A stretch of DNA of 64,000 nt from Piromyces finnis finn (GCA_002104945.1 MCFH01000069.1:182454-246453), one strand, 5' to 3'; numbered from the stretch's first letter, positions 12,871 to 28,016 are shown. Made by a program: numbers and translations. Notes: generated by a model from the letters alone, not told the origin.

Positions 12871-13461
12871 ATGTTTTATATCTATTTCATTTTTTTCAAA
12901 CTATATGTACTTAACTGTGTAAATGAAACTAAAATATACATATATATATATTACAACTATTCTTCCGATAATTATATAAACAAAAAAGACATATTAAATA
13001 ATAAAAAAAAAGTTTATGGAGATTATTTTTGCAAAAATGATATTTGTGCTTCAATGGATTATCAGTATTGTAAACCGTTTATTCATTTATTGAAATGCTA
13101 AATATAAAAGGAAATATAAAATTATATATTTGTGAAACATATTCATATGAATATATATGAATATATTAAATTATATAATTCTACTAATGAACAACACTAT
13201 GGTGATACAATTATTTCTTACAGATGTAATAAAGATGATGAATGTTTATATAATAAATGTGTTGATAATTATTGTATTTTTAATGATAAAGCATCTGTAG
13301 AACATTGTGATAATATTTATTTTTGTCATAGAAAATCATATAATTATTGTGGTAAAGCATATCGTAATATATGTAAAACTATCGATGAACGTTCTTCTAA
13401 ATTATGTATAGATGAACTTTGTATTGCTCAAGAAAATAGTCCTTCTGGCAGTGAAGATTAA
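12871..13461 (+). pseudogene. Third Cys-rich family member, fragmented
   Basis: ORFs 12871..13101 and 13132..13461. Motif CNKDDECLYNKCVDNYCIFN...VEHCD...YCGK...C. Confidence 0.6.
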
Positions 13462-14401
13462 GGAGAATCTATAATTGCTGGTTATGCAGGTTATAGTTAT
13501 TTTTATAATTTTATTAAGCATCTTTTATTGTTGTTATTACTTTAAACATTTAAATAGAAAAAACAAGAGCTCAAATTATAAAATCAAAAATATATGGGTT
13601 GTTATTAAAAACATTAATTGTGTTCTAAGTAAATATATATAAATTATAGAATCATTTATTATTATAAATATAATGTTTTACTTTGTAATATGCTGTAACT
13701 ACCAAGTTGAAGTATAATTTACTATTAAATATTTTATTTAACTATTAATATTATTAATAAAATAGTTTTATATATTATATATTAAAAAGTATTATTATTA
13801 AAAGATGTTAATAAAAAATACTTTATTAATTTGAATTTGAATTATATTTTAGAGAATATTGAAAAACGATAGGTTCAGATTATAGTAAAATGATGAAATT
13901 TCAAGGTTATTATCAATATACTATTTATTTGTTGAAAGTAAAATTTTATATCCTGAATTTTCTGGTGATTTATAATAATTATTATTCCACCGTACATATT
14001 GTATTGTTATTTAATATTTTTAAAGAAAAAAAAAAGAGTTATATCTTTTAAATAAAAATACTTTTCCTTTTTTTTTTTTAAATAGATTTAATATAAATAT
14101 AAATATATATATATATATTATATATATTAATTTTTCATCATTTCAAATACAATTTTGAAATGGATTTTAATTTAAAAATCATTTCATTCATCTATTTTAT
14201 TAATACGAATTTATTTTTTGTTATTAAATTTTTCGTAAAATTTATCTTTTTTTTTTTTTAAAAAAATTAATATTTTTTCTTTCCTTTTCTTTTATAATAT
14301 TGATTTATATTATTAATGAATTTAGATAAATTTATTAATCCTTTTTTACTTTAGCTTACTTTTTGGTACTAATTATTTTGTATGGTTGCTTTACAACTCC
14401 T

Positions 14402-15960
14402 TCAGCATTTATACTTATGCCTTGTTATTTTATCTCTATCAAAAAAATATTCTATATATTGTTCATCTCCATCCAAGTAGTATTTTCCATTTCTGTTCAT
14501 TTCGAGATACTTTCTAGATTGCTTTCTTTCACCAGAATTTGGATTGTAGTTTGGATTATTTACATCAGCAAAATAAACATACACTTGATTACAAGAATGG
14601 ACTGCTTGAAGAGGATTTTTAACATTCAGGTTATTTAAATCATTAATTATTTCAAAAGTACCATCTTTATAAGTCACAAAAAGCATAATATCGTTGTTTT
14701 TGTAATCTTCCACAGTAATCGTATAGTTCGAAACTAGATATGCTTTTCCAATTACATTGGGAAGGACACAATCCTTTTCATTTTCACTTATTTCTTCTAT
14801 TTTTGCTTCTTCAAGTTTTCCAATACTGTTGATATAATAACACTTTTCATTTTCAAAATTTATTTCCCTTTCCTTATTGCTAATCGTGTATTTTTTTAGA
14901 GCAATGACATAAACATTGGGATTTAATTCTTTAAATAACGTTGAACAACGATAAATAATAGATTCTATTAAATTGGATACACGAGTTTTGGATGTTGTTT
15001 TTGGATTGTTTAAATAATTATAGGGTCCCTTTTCATCAAGACTCAAATCATTAAAATAAATGAGTGACTCATAAATAATACTTTTAACAGCGATTCTCTG
15101 TGGTCCATTCAATTTATCAAAATCATTGACTTTTTCGTTCTTCAATAAATCATAATTTTTATTTTTAACATATTTATTACTGTTATCTAGGAAACCGAAA
15201 TAATGAGTATCTATTTGTTTTATCATTTGATCATAGCCATTGACAATACTAAATGGAATGGTTAATATTTCATTAATAGATTCTAATACTTTATCAATGC
15301 TATATTTACTATGGTCATTTAGTTTTTTGGAGATAGCATTTAAAACTTTATAAAAAATAGTTTCTTGATCTAAAGCCATGGCTAAATTTTTGTTAAATTT
15401 ATCTATATCTTTTTCTCTATTTTCATTATATTTTTTTTATATATGTTTCGTTTTCATGCTTTTCATTCAAATAATAGGAATACATATTGACCATATTTTC
15501 TTTGAATTGGATTTTTGCAAAGTGTAAATCTTCTGGTTTTTCAATAGTGTTAAACTTTATTTTCTCATGACCAGAGTGTTCAAAGCTTAATATATTGTTT
15601 AATAATACGAATTCAAAGGAATTAAGATCAGGGGAATTTTTTATTATTAAAATTACTATGGATAGCTTTATTGTAATTTTTTGCTAGAGTTAAGAATTGA
15701 GTTTCTAGATTTTGACAACTTTGCCTATTAAAATTCTTGTATATTTCTAAATCTCTTGACATTACTTTGTATTTCATATCATTTATACCAGATAAAAATA
15801 TCTTATCGATATCTTTTCTATTTTTAATAAATTTTAATTTTAATTTTTTTTATTAATCCGTCTTTTACATTATTGTAAGTGATTTCATTAACGATATCCT
15901 TCATTGCAAGTAAACAAGCAATATAGTCATGTGACCATATTTTATCATAAAATTTATATA
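14402..15960 (-). pseudogene. Unknown protein: 325-aa C-terminal ORF plus ~190 upstream codons broken by A-run frameshifts
   Basis: Open frames continue upstream of 15379 (YDKIWSHDYIACLLAMK..., KNSPDLNSFEFVLL..., YNENREKDIDKFNKNLAMALD), with shifts at A-runs near 15430, 15640 and 15845. True start not located. Confidence 0.55.
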
Positions 15961-16103
15961 TGATTTATTTCAACAAAAATAAAATTTATATTTTATCATC
16001 AAAACAACACAACAAGAGAAATAACAAGTAAAATAACAATAACAAAAAAAAAAAAAAAATAATAATAATAATCTATTAAAAAAAATAAAAAATAGAAAAA
16101 AAA

Positions 16104-19100
16104 ATGAAACGGCAGAATGATGAAGAGGTTCTCAATTCCTCTACTGAATCTCCTGAAAAAAAAAAAGAAAATTAACAAAAAACGAGTTAAAAAAATTAAA
16201 ATGTTCCTATTTTTATATTGATAAATCTTTATTAATAAAGAAATTTATAGATGATGAGGCAACAATATTTTGTATTACTGGACCTTCAAATGGAAAGACG
16301 GTTAATTTATATATGATGCGCTATTTTTTTGAAATGAATTATGAAAATGAAAATGTTTCAAAGAATAGAGAGTTTTTTGAAGAATTAAATATAGCAAAAG
16401 AATTTAAAGATATGGTGAAAGTTATATTGAGCTTTATCAAGGAAAATATCCAGTGGTATATCTTGATCTTAATACTTTTCTAATTGGAAGTGATTATAAT
16501 AACACGATTGAAAAAATTAAAAGATTTATTTCAGATTTATATAAATACTATAAAGATATTGATATTACTAATTTAAAAGATGATAAAAAAATATGGGAAT
16601 CTTTTCAAGAATGTAATGTTGATGAAGAAGACTTAATAGTTTTAGTTTCAATTAGTTTTTTATGTAATAGTTTAAAAAATTTATTGAAAAGAGAAATCGT
16701 ATTATTAATAGACAACTATGATTCACCCATATTAAATGCATTAAATAAAGATTTTTATGATGAGTTTTATACATTCTACATAAATGTTTTTAAAAAAATT
16801 TTTGAAAACAATTATATATATTATTATTTATCTAAAACATTTATTACTGGAAAAAATTAATATTGAATTATTTAGTGATTTTGATTCAATCAATTACTCT
16901 ACATTTGATAGTGAATATATTGAATATTATAGTATAACCAATTTTGAATTGAGAAAACTTTTAGATAAATTAAAATTAAATAATAAAAGTGAAATGTTTG
17001 AAAAATATTACAATAATATTGAAAGTATATTTCCATCTTTAAATCCAACAGATATCAATAATACAAATAAAACAAATAAAATAAATATTTTAATTTCATC
17101 CACGCATTCTAATAATAATACTGATAATAATAAGGATGATGATAATGATTATGATAGTAATAAAGTTAAATATTATGATATATCTTGTGTATGTGATTGT
17201 ATAAAAATGATTTTATCAGAAGAACTGGATAATAATCTTTCTTTACAAGAGAATGAATTTTTTAATGAAATATTTAGTGATTTTGATCCCATTTTGATTA
17301 AAGATATTGATTATCTTTTAAAAAATGGATATATAAAAAAGTCAATTCCTAAATTATCAAATTTTAACATATTAAAAAAAAATGGATATAAAGATCATCG
17401 AAAAATTATTTGGTCATTATTTATTGAATATGGTTATTTGATTGCTATTAATACAGAAAATAAAAATAATAAAAAATTAATAATAAGAAATAAAGTTATT
17501 GAAGAATTAATTAAAGATAAGTTTATTGAATGGAAAAATAATTTGTATGATAACAATAAGGAAGTAATTAATGGAATTAATTATTTTATAGAAAATTATG
17601 ATGAAGAAAGAATAAAAGAATTTCTTGAAAATAATATAAACAAAGTCAATTATTATTATAAACAACCTAGTTACTTAGATAATTATTATGCTATTATCTA
17701 TTCATTGTTATGTTTAAAAGACGGTTATAAAATTATTACTAAGAGTAGTTTTAATGAAAAAGACAATATTCGTGAATTATTATTTGTTGATAAGAAATAT
17801 CAAAATGATGGTGATAATAGTAAATTTTCATCAAAAATTTTTTATATTATAATAAAGGAAAAACCAGATGATGTTGAATTTGAAGAAAGTTGTTATGAAA
17901 CATTGGATTATAATGAAGAATTAATATTTAATGGTAAAAGTTTAAATAAAAAGAATGAAAAAATTATTAAATATGGAATAACTATATATGAAAAAAAATG
18001 TGATGTAATTTATGAAATAAATTATGGAGAGAAATTCCAAAGAAAAGAAATGCCAAAAGAAATATATTCCGGTGAAGATTATAACGATTTTAATATTAAT
18101 GATTATTATTTTGTTGATAAAACTAGAATGATACAAAATTTAATAAATAAAAAAAAAATGTTTATTTGATAGTACGGCCAAGGCGATTTGGAAAAAGTTT
18201 GAATTTAAGAATGATTCAAGAATTCTTTGAAAAGCCTGTTAATAGAGAGAAACTTAGAAATGATTTATTTGATGGTTTAGAAGTTTCTAAAAATAGAAAA
18301 AATATGAGAGATTTTCACAAATATCCTGTTATTTATTTAAATTTTAAAGATGATGAATCTAATAATTATGAATCTGCTATTGAATATCTTAAAGACAAAA
18401 TATCTGATTTATTTAAATATCAAGGAGAAAAAATTAATATTGAAAATTTAAAGAATGATGAACAAACCAAATGGAAAAAAATAAAAGATATGAAAGAAAA
18501 TGAGACAGGTTTAACACAATCTATTAGATTTTTATGCGACTGTTTGATAAAATTTTATAAGAGAAAATGCATTGTTTTAATTGATGAGTATGATAAAGCT
18601 CTTATGAATTCTTTTGAAAAGAAATACTATGATGAAATGTACAGTATTATTAAATCTTTATTTTCAAATACATTTAAAGGAAATGATAATCTTTATTTTG
18701 GAATAACAACAGGATGTTTACCTCTTGGATTAAATAGCTTTTATTCAGGGGTTAATAATTTTTATGAATGTTCATTACTTAAGGATCAATATTTTAATGA
18801 TTGTTATGGATTTACTGAAAATGAATTAAATAAAATTTTATCTGATTTTGGCATTACCCATACAGACGACCAAAGGGATATGATTCGAAAGAAATATGAT
18901 GGCTATACATGCCATACAAATGGTCAAGGTACTATTAAGAATTTGTATAATCCTTTTTCCATAATGAATTTTATCAAAGAATATAGTAGTAAAAAGGGAA
19001 AAAAAATTGAATATGGGGATTTTTGGTGTAATAGTGGAAAAGAAATTATTATAAAAAAAACCATTGAAGAAAATGAATTATCATTTACAAAAAATTTCTT

Positions 19101-20295
19101 AAGCTTACTCTATGGTAATATAATTGTTATAGAAGCAGCTAAAGAAATAGTTTTAAAAGAAAATTATAATGAAGATGAAATAATGATAATTTTATTGGAT
19201 TCTAGATATTTAACATTATCCGATGAGAAAGAATATAAAAAAAATATAAATAACATGGATGACCAAATGACAAAAGCGTTATTAAATAAAATTGAAGTAA
19301 ATAATTTATCATTAGATGAACCAGAATCAACTGAAGAATATGAAAATTCATATCAAATTGAAAAATATAAACATAAAATAATAAATGAAATTGAAAAAAA
19401 AAAAAGGAAATATGTTAAAATTCCGAATGGTGAAGTTTTAGATAGTTTTGTTGATTTGCTAAGACCTATTATAGAAAATAAATTAGAAATTGCAAAAGAT
19501 AAATCGATTGAAAAATTTATTAATGGTATTTTTGATAAAGAAGTTTCTGTAATTTATAAAAATTTAAATGAATATTTATCAAAATTCAGTGCATATCACT
19601 TGTATGTTAAATCCAAAACGTATGAAAATGTTTATCAAGTATTATTAATGCAATTATTTTTATTTTTTAAAATTAATGGTTTAACTGCAGAAGAAAATAG
19701 TGGATATGGTAGATATGATTTCGGGTTTCCTAATACAAATAATTGTGATAAGGAAGTAAAAGAATATATTTTAATTGAAATTAAAGCTTTTAAGAAAAAT
19801 ACGAAACCCGATGAAGAAATAAATAAAGAAATGGAAGAAAATCAAAATCAAAATAATATCAAAAACCGCCTTTTAAATGAATGTGAAGATGCTATAAAAC
19901 AAATTGAAGAAAAAGAATATGAAAAAAAATATAGAGCTAAAGGATATAATAATATTGTTAAATATGGTATTGCCTTTTATAAAAGAACTTGTGAAATCAA
20001 AATGAAAATAAATGATGGAGAAATACAAAGCTCATCAAAACCTATTATTGAAGGTAAAAATAATAAAAAAAGAAAAACGACGACAACAACAGGAACAGGA
20101 ACAACAATAGAGGCACAACAAGAAACAAAAAAGAAAACAAAAACAACAAGGAGCAAAACAGGAAAAGTAACAGGAACAAAATCAACAAGGGGCAAAACAG
20201 GAAAAGCAACAGGAACAAAAGCAACAAGAGGCAAAACAGGAAAAGCAACAAGAAACACGACAAGAAGTACCAAAACAGGAAAAGGGAAAATATAA
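16104..20295 (+). pseudogene. Tandem-doubled AAA-ATPase-like + PD-(D/E)XK nuclease gene, frameshifted
   Basis: Module 1: IDKS..I, degenerate Walker A GPSNGKT, YPVVYLD, Walker B LLIDNYD. Module 2: FVDKT.MI, RPRRFGKS, YPVIYLNF, VLIDEYD, GYT, YNPFSI, FW..SG, EENSGYGRYD..., ILIEIK, AI.QIEEK.Y, YGIAF. Shifts near 16150-16450, 16850 and 18165. Confidence 0.85.
20146..20290 (+). repeat. Imperfect 39-bp (13-aa) coding tandem repeat forming a basic Lys/Thr/Gly tail
   Basis: TRSKTGKVTGTKS / TRGKTGKATGTKA / TRGKTGKATRNT / TRSTKTGK. Confidence 0.85.
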
Positions 20296-21180
20296 AGAAC
20301 GAGAATAGGATAATAAAATAAAATAGTTTCTTGTTTGATTTATAAATGTAACTTTTTTTTTATAAATCTTTATTATTATTACTAAAAAAATATTTATTAA
20401 AAATTATTTAAAAACTTGTTTTAAAAAATATAAATGATGTGATTTTTCATTAAGGAAATCCAAGTTTTAATAATAATCTATTCAATTAATATTGTATTAA
20501 AAAGTGAATTTATTATGGGATTTTTTCAATACAAGGAATGCTTTACAAAAACACCACAATTTAAAATATATTAATATTAAAATCTCATAATAACACCTAA
20601 CTTTTTTTTTTTAATATTTTTAATAAAAGGCGTACTCTATATTTTTATTTTTCCTTTATTTACATTTATAATATTTTATAATATTTATTATGAATGCCAT
20701 TATTCTATTATTCTATTCATGATTCTATTTAAAATGAAAAAGTAAATTGTAATTAAAAAGCTTTTTTTGAATAAAATTAATGGTGGTGGCTAAGTTTAAT
20801 CCATGCCTTAAATTAATAGAAATATTTAATTTATAAATAAATAAATAAATTTTGAATAATAGTATTAAAAAAAAAAAAAAAAAAAAGAGTTTTTAAATAG
20901 AAAGAGTGAAATGTTTTCTAATAAAAGTTATTATAAAAAATAGGATTAAATTGAAGGAATGTATTAATAAGATATTTTGTCACTTCATTTATATTTTATA
21001 ACTACAAATATTAAAAACGAAAAAGGATTATAATTTTATTCTTTTAAAAATATATAATTATCAAAAGAAATTAGTAGACAACAGAAATCGAACATTTTAT
21101 AAAAAAATTTATAATATAAAATTCTAAAATAATTATTCCTATAAAGGAAATATATTTTTATTATATTAAGAGATTATTAT

Positions 21181-21197
21181 TATTAATATTATCATCA

Positions 21198-21237
<40 letters not shown>

Positions 21238-21290
21238 CAGTAGTAGTAGTAGTAATAGTAGTTCAATGCAGTAATAGTAGTAGTAATAGT
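21181..21290. repeat. Compound (ATT)n/(AGT)n microsatellite
   Basis: Direct reading. Confidence 0.85.
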
Positions 21291-24151
21291 TAATATAGTA
21301 AATAGTCAATGTAGTAGTATCTGATTAGTTTTTCATTCAAAACTGATTTTCCAACGATTACTCAACTAGTTTTACTCATTTTAATTAAATACAAAGCAGG
21401 CTAATTAAGAAATATTAACCAATAATAATTGATAGGGTATAGAATATTTTTTTTCTTCAGTATCGAAGAACGGAAAGAGATAGAAGCTCTTTTCATCCTT
21501 TTTTTTTACTATGTGTTTTTCTTTTATTCATTTATGTTTCATTTTAATTTTAATATAAAACTAAGGATTTGTTTTAATCGACCGTACTTTACAATATTAA
21601 AATTTAAATAAAATACTTTTAATTATAAAATTTAATTTCATTATATATCTATTTGATCCTATATAATTTAATATGAAGTTTATGAAATTTAGTATAATTT
21701 TATTTACCGTTTATACTAATAATATGATAGATAATGTTAAAATATTTTTAATAACTATTTTTTTATTAATGTTATTCAACAAAATCATTATTTTCATCAA
21801 AATTTTAATAATTTTTAATATATAAAAATTTGATTGTTGATGTTGTAGTTACATATAATTTTTAATTAACACATTATCAAATAATTAATTATTAATTATA
21901 ATTAATTATTAAAATAAATGTCATTTTTAATGTCTATATTTATTATTTATAGAAAAGTAATTATGAAGCAAAATTATTTTTTTTTTAAATTGTATTGATT
22001 TTATATTATACAAACAAATATAATAAAAAATTATATAAATAATAAAACATATTTTAATATACTTGATATAATAAACATTTTTTTACTATAAATTTTAATT
22101 AGTACATTAACTATAAATTAATATTTATTAATTTAAAATAAGAAGAATATTACAATAATTAAAAAATTATTTTATTTTGATAGAGGTTACAAACTATTTA
22201 TTTTTATAAATGAATAATTTTTTCTTTAATTGTAATAGAAAAAATGCATCTATATATAATAACCTTCAAATTATATTTCTTATATAAAAATTATTATTAT
22301 TATTATTATTATTATTTTACGCATTTTTATACTGTTCAACCTTTCATAATACTTTGAATGAGTAACTATATTACATGATTTTTATTATTATCTATATTTA
22401 TATTTACTTTTATTAGCATTTTATATTTATTAATTTACAGATTCTTTTATGTAATAAATAATTAATCATAAATTATTTCTTGAAATTAGTCCATTATATC
22501 ATATAAATATAGATATCAATTTTTATATATAAAAAAAAAAACTATTATTATAATTTTAATTGAACCATCTTTGTGGTTTTTTAATTTCAAAATTGGTTAT
22601 AAATCTTTTTTTAAAGTATAAATGCAACATCTTTTTGAAATGATATAACATTAGGTTGTTTATTTTAATTAATCAATAATTATTTAAATATCCCTAGCAA
22701 GCTTTATTATAAACACCCATTTCCCTCTATATTTATAATAAATAATAAAAAGCAATAACAAATATTATAATTCATTTCATAATTAAATATATCGATATTC
22801 TGAAAACTTTCTCTTTATCTTTTTTTTTTTTTACAATTAAATAATAATAGAATACTTACCTTTTATGCCTATCAAGCTGACTGCTGCCTTTCCTTTTTAA
22901 TAATAAAATTTTAAAAAAAAAAAAAAAAAAAAAATAGAGAAATTCTTTTTTATTTATTTATTTTTAATTTTAATTTAAAATAATAAATGCCATTAATATT
23001 AATATATATTAGTATTTATTATAATATATGTATTGAGTTATAATATAATAGAACAAAGATATTTATAATATATGTCATAATATATTAAAATATTGGAAAT
23101 TAAATTGAAGAATTTAAGATCAATTTTTATTAAAAAGTGGAATAAAAATTTAAAAAATTTCTAATTTTTAAAAATGATTTAAAATGAATGAATATTATTG
23201 GTCAATAATTTATTGTGTCACATTAAAAAATTTTAAATATAAAAGAAAGAAAATTTTAAAAAAAATAAAAATCTTTTTCTTTTTTTCAACTTAAAATATA
23301 AAAATTTAAGAGAAAGGATTAAAGTAACTACTAAATTAATTTCTACCTTAAAGTAAGAATTATTAATATTTTCATTCAACTAATTCTAATTTTATATTTA
23401 ATATCTTTTTTTTAGTTTTTCTATATCAATTTTTTAAATAAATTGTGAATCAAAAATAACTTAAAATACCAATAATTTATATTAGTTTTTGATAATTCTA
23501 AATGACATAATATTCCTTAAAGTTTATGCATTTCTATTAGTTACGTAATTTTTTCTTTTTTACACTGTATATATAAGTTATGCTAATATATAAAAACCAC
23601 TAATAAACTTTTTAATTTTATATATTAAAAAAAGGTGGAATTCTTTTAAATTTAATTATTAAAAATCTTTCTCATTTTATTGTAATAAATACTTTAATTG
23701 TTATTAAAAAGGGATAACAAAATTCAAATGTATTATTTGTTTTTTTGATAATAAGTAAATATCAAAATTAATTTATTATTTAATTTTAAGATAAAATAAA
23801 AGTAAAATTTAATTTTATTCATTAATATTTAATAAAATATAATATAAAAATTAGGGGTTACAAGAAGTTAATGTTATTATTATGACTAGATTTATAAATG
23901 AATCATTATGTATATGATTTAAATGAATATCATAGTAACCATATGAAATATTTTTAAATATTTTTGTAATATCAATATGATGTAGTAATTTTTTTATTTT
24001 ATAATTATTAAATATTTAAAAAAATATAATTAAGTTTGATAATTATTTATGAGTCTAGGATTATTGATTATAAATCAAATGAAAATGAATAGACTTAGTT
24101 AAAGAGAATTACTATAATTATCTTTAAAATGACTTATTATAAAATGAATAT

Positions 24152-24159
<8 letters not shown>

Positions 24160-24216
<57 letters not shown>
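24160..24216. repeat. (AAT)n microsatellite
   Basis: About 18 consecutive AAT units; these generate the spurious poly-Asn ORF 24129..24323. Confidence 0.9.
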
Positions 24217-25782
24217 GTTCTTATCAATCTATACTTCTAAAGGGATTTAAATATAATATTTTCCTACAATCATCGAAATTATTAAGCAAACATTTCCATT
24301 TCAGATATACTTTATTTAAATAAAATTATTTAATCATTAAAAATAATAATAATAACAATAATAGATAATTAAATAATTTTATTAATATTCACTTTTAAAA
24401 TTCAATCAAAAGTAATAACTTTTTAATTACATCATTTATTCATTTAAAAATGGTTCGTTTTCCTTAAAAGTCTTATAAGAATTAATAAACAATTATTAAA
24501 TTTTTACATCCTTCCTTACGCTATAACTTTAATATATTTTTTATATAAAAGGTTTTATTATTTGTTTCTGAATTATTTTAAAATATTAAAAACTTATATA
24601 CATAAAGAACAGTTAAAATACTATACACTTTATTTAAACTGTATTATAAATAGCGTATTATAAATACTATCTTAATATTATTACATAATATATTTATTTC
24701 TTCGTTTCTACTCATATAGTGTAGTTTCGAATAATATAAGAATTAAATATTTATGATTCATTATATTTTCATATTCTTATATATTATGATAATAGCTTTT
24801 ATTTATAAAATCGATTTTACATTGTTTTATATATTTTAGAATAATATTGCATTTTTATATTATATTTTATTACTTTATCATATCACAATTAACAATTAGA
24901 ATTATAGTTTTAAATGAAAATATAATAAAATGAAAATTGAAAACATATATATATATATATATTTATTTATTTATTATCAGTAGTTGGCATATCATTATTT
25001 ATATACTCATCATCGAATTCATCTGGAAAATAAAATAAACTAATTGCTCTTTTTCCATATGATTTAAAAGTATTAGTAATTTTTTCGGTAACCTCTTCCA
25101 TATCAAGTTTTGTGGCAGTATCTTCTAACTTTAAATGAATAATAATGGTTTCTTTATTATGTTTTGATAAAAATTTATATAAAAAAGGAAGCGTATAGCA
25201 AAAAGTATAACTATTTATGTATTATTTGTATAATTTTTAGAAAAAAAGTAAAATTAGCTACCTTGAAATTGGAAATTTATTCTTGGAAATAAATTATATA
25301 TGGATTATTTATTACTATAATTTTTAATATATATTTTTAAAAGTATTATATAATTTTAATATTTATATATTATTAAATATTATAATTTATAAAATAATAA
25401 TTAATTATTATTTTTTTTTTTTTTTTAAAAAAATATAAAAGATGCTTATTTCAACCATACTACAAATGTAATTTTTAATAATTATATATAGTAAAAATTA
25501 AAATCAAAATATATATTAATAATATCAATAACGTTAATAATCAAACTTAAATTTGGTAATAATCAATAATTATTATATTTAAATTATATAATAAAAATTA
25601 TATTTTCTGTTATTTAAATATAATTCATATATAATTTATGTAATGATTAAAACTTAATTATTTTAAAAATATAATTATAAAATGAAAAGTATAATAGAAA
25701 AGTATTCAAAAATTTTTAAATTTGTTTATAACAAATAATTAAGATAAAATAATAATTTAGCATATATCTTTTATCTTTTATA

Positions 25783-28016
25783 ATGAATATTATTAAATTA
25801 ATTCGTAGTTTAATACAAAATGAAAAATGTTTATCTAATGAACATAAAATAATAATTAATAATGAGTGTTTTTCATTTTTTGAAGGAATTAGCCTTATTG
25901 ATTGCAATAAACTTTCCAAAGATCAGTATAATATTAAATATAAAGATAAAGAAAATGAAAATATAAATGATACAACCAGTTATTCACTTTTAAACGTACT
26001 AGAAAAAAAATATAAAGAAAAAGTATTTAAATATAATTTTTATTTGAAAGATACAACAAAAACAAAATTTAATATATCTATAAATATACCTTCATATACC
26101 CTTAAAGATATTTATAATAAAATAATAAAGTTAGAATTACCAAATACTTGTCAATATGTAACTGCTTTTATCAAAAGAATAAATTACTATCATTACTTTA
26201 ATAAAAGGTATATTGAAACGCATCAATATAATCAAGTGTTAATTGCAGAAGATAAAAATAAGGATATTAAAGATTCAGATAATTTCATAATTATTAAATG
26301 TTGTCATGATAGTATAAGAATCACTGGAAATAAAATAACATTTTATAAAAGAGATACTTATGATAATATTATTTGTAAATTATTACCATGTTTAAATTAT
26401 TCAAATGATCAAATACTAATTAGATTCAAACCAAGTATTGTTTCTTTTACATACCCAATAAATATAAATTTCCGATTGTTTGATTTGATGTTATATGAAT
26501 ATTCTTTATATCCCTATATATATACCGATGAGAATGAAGATATAATAAAAAATAAAGAAAAATTGGTATATACAATAAATATCTTTAATCAGTCATTGAA
26601 TATGAAACTTTATAACAAGTATAAACAATTTACAGAAATTATTCAATTTCAAGAATTAGAATGGTATATGTATATGACTGTTAAAAAATATTAAAATATC
26701 TTTATTTATTATATATTGATTTTCATGCAAACTATTATAAAAAAAATAAAGTAATAAATATTCCATTAAAAATAAATTATAATCGATTATTTGGAAAATA
26801 TTATACTAGATATTTTAATAATAAAGATAAGGTATTACCAGTAATTGCTGATAAAGAAGAATGTATTAAGAATAATATACCGTATGTACAGTGGAATAAT
26901 AATTATTATAGATCACCAGAAAATTCAAGATATAAAATTGTTCTTTCAACAAATAAAAATTCTACTGATAATAATTTTGCGTTTCATGATAAAAAGTTAT
27001 TATTTGATTCAGTATTAGAATTAGATATTGTTCCTAAATGTGTTAAAGTGATAAGAAAGTACAAAGAAAAAGAAACATCTGTTTATTTTAATATTACTTA
27101 TAAACTAGACAAACATTGTAAAGGAAAATTTCCTTCCAATTTATTTATTTCTTATGGTTACGAATTACAAGGTTTATATAGACAATATTTTGATATTCCA
27201 GAAATAAATAATAAATTTATAATATGTTCTAATTGTAATAAATACATTAATATTCCAAGTCAACAGGAATTAATAAATTGTGTAAAAGAAAAGTTTAAGA
27301 ATAAGCAATTAAAACTAATAAATGAAAATTATAATTACAATGATATTAATATACTATCTTTTTCAGTAGATAATAATATGAATATATATCCATATTGTGT
27401 TTTTGATTATGTCTACAATTGTAATTCTTCTTTTCCCTTTTTAATAATAATGTTAAACACATGTAAATTATTTGTACTTCCTAATTATAGGTATGAATAT
27501 GTACTAAATTCAGATAAGAATTTGTTCAATTTTAATGATGATTTTGTACAAGCTATATTTTCTATGTATAAAAAAAATTCAATTTCAATCATAGATAATG
27601 CTACATTAACTAAATACATTAAACAATATGTTTCAGATAATAAAACAGTTTTAATAACAGAAAAGGAATTTTCAGATGAAAAGGTATATTTATGGAGATC
27701 GATTTATTCAGAAATAATACCAACAATACCAATAATAAAAGATAATGATGAATTATACAATACACTACCATCATTTTCTTTTTTATGTAAGAATATTAAA
27801 AATATAACTGCATATCATTATAGTATTATGAATGAAAACAATAAAAAAGTTATTATCTATGGTGTATGGAATAATGAAGATTATTATCCATGTAAAGCAT
27901 CCATAGAAATATTAAAATCAACTATTCTTAATAAACCTTATTTATTATTAAAAAGAAATTTAGATGGATCTATCTATTCATCTTTCAAAAATAATTCTAT
28001 TTATATGTTTTTTTAG
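25783..28016 (+). pseudogene. Viral-element ORFan (~744 aa) with one homopolymer frameshift
   Basis: Adding one A at GTTAAAAAATATTAA (~26686) gives a stop-free frame (VKKILKYLYLLYIDFHANYYKKNKVINIP...) running into ORF 27048..28016. 2234+1 nt = 745 codons. Confidence 0.7.

Noticed and set aside
15610-15645. NSPDLNSFE on the minus strand, resembling the Tc1/mariner SPDLNPIE motif
   Set aside because: No upstream DD motifs or TIRs. The frame continues into the unrelated 14402..15379 protein, so it is probably coincidental.
22851-22900. Possible 33-nt micro-exon on the minus strand followed by GTAAGT
   Set aside because: No partner exons or gene model could be assembled.
24960-25200. Minus-strand fragment FLSKHNKETIIIHLK.., reminiscent of a PI-PLC X domain
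   Set aside because: Too short and broken to call. At most it hints that host-like sequence extends to ~25.2 kb.
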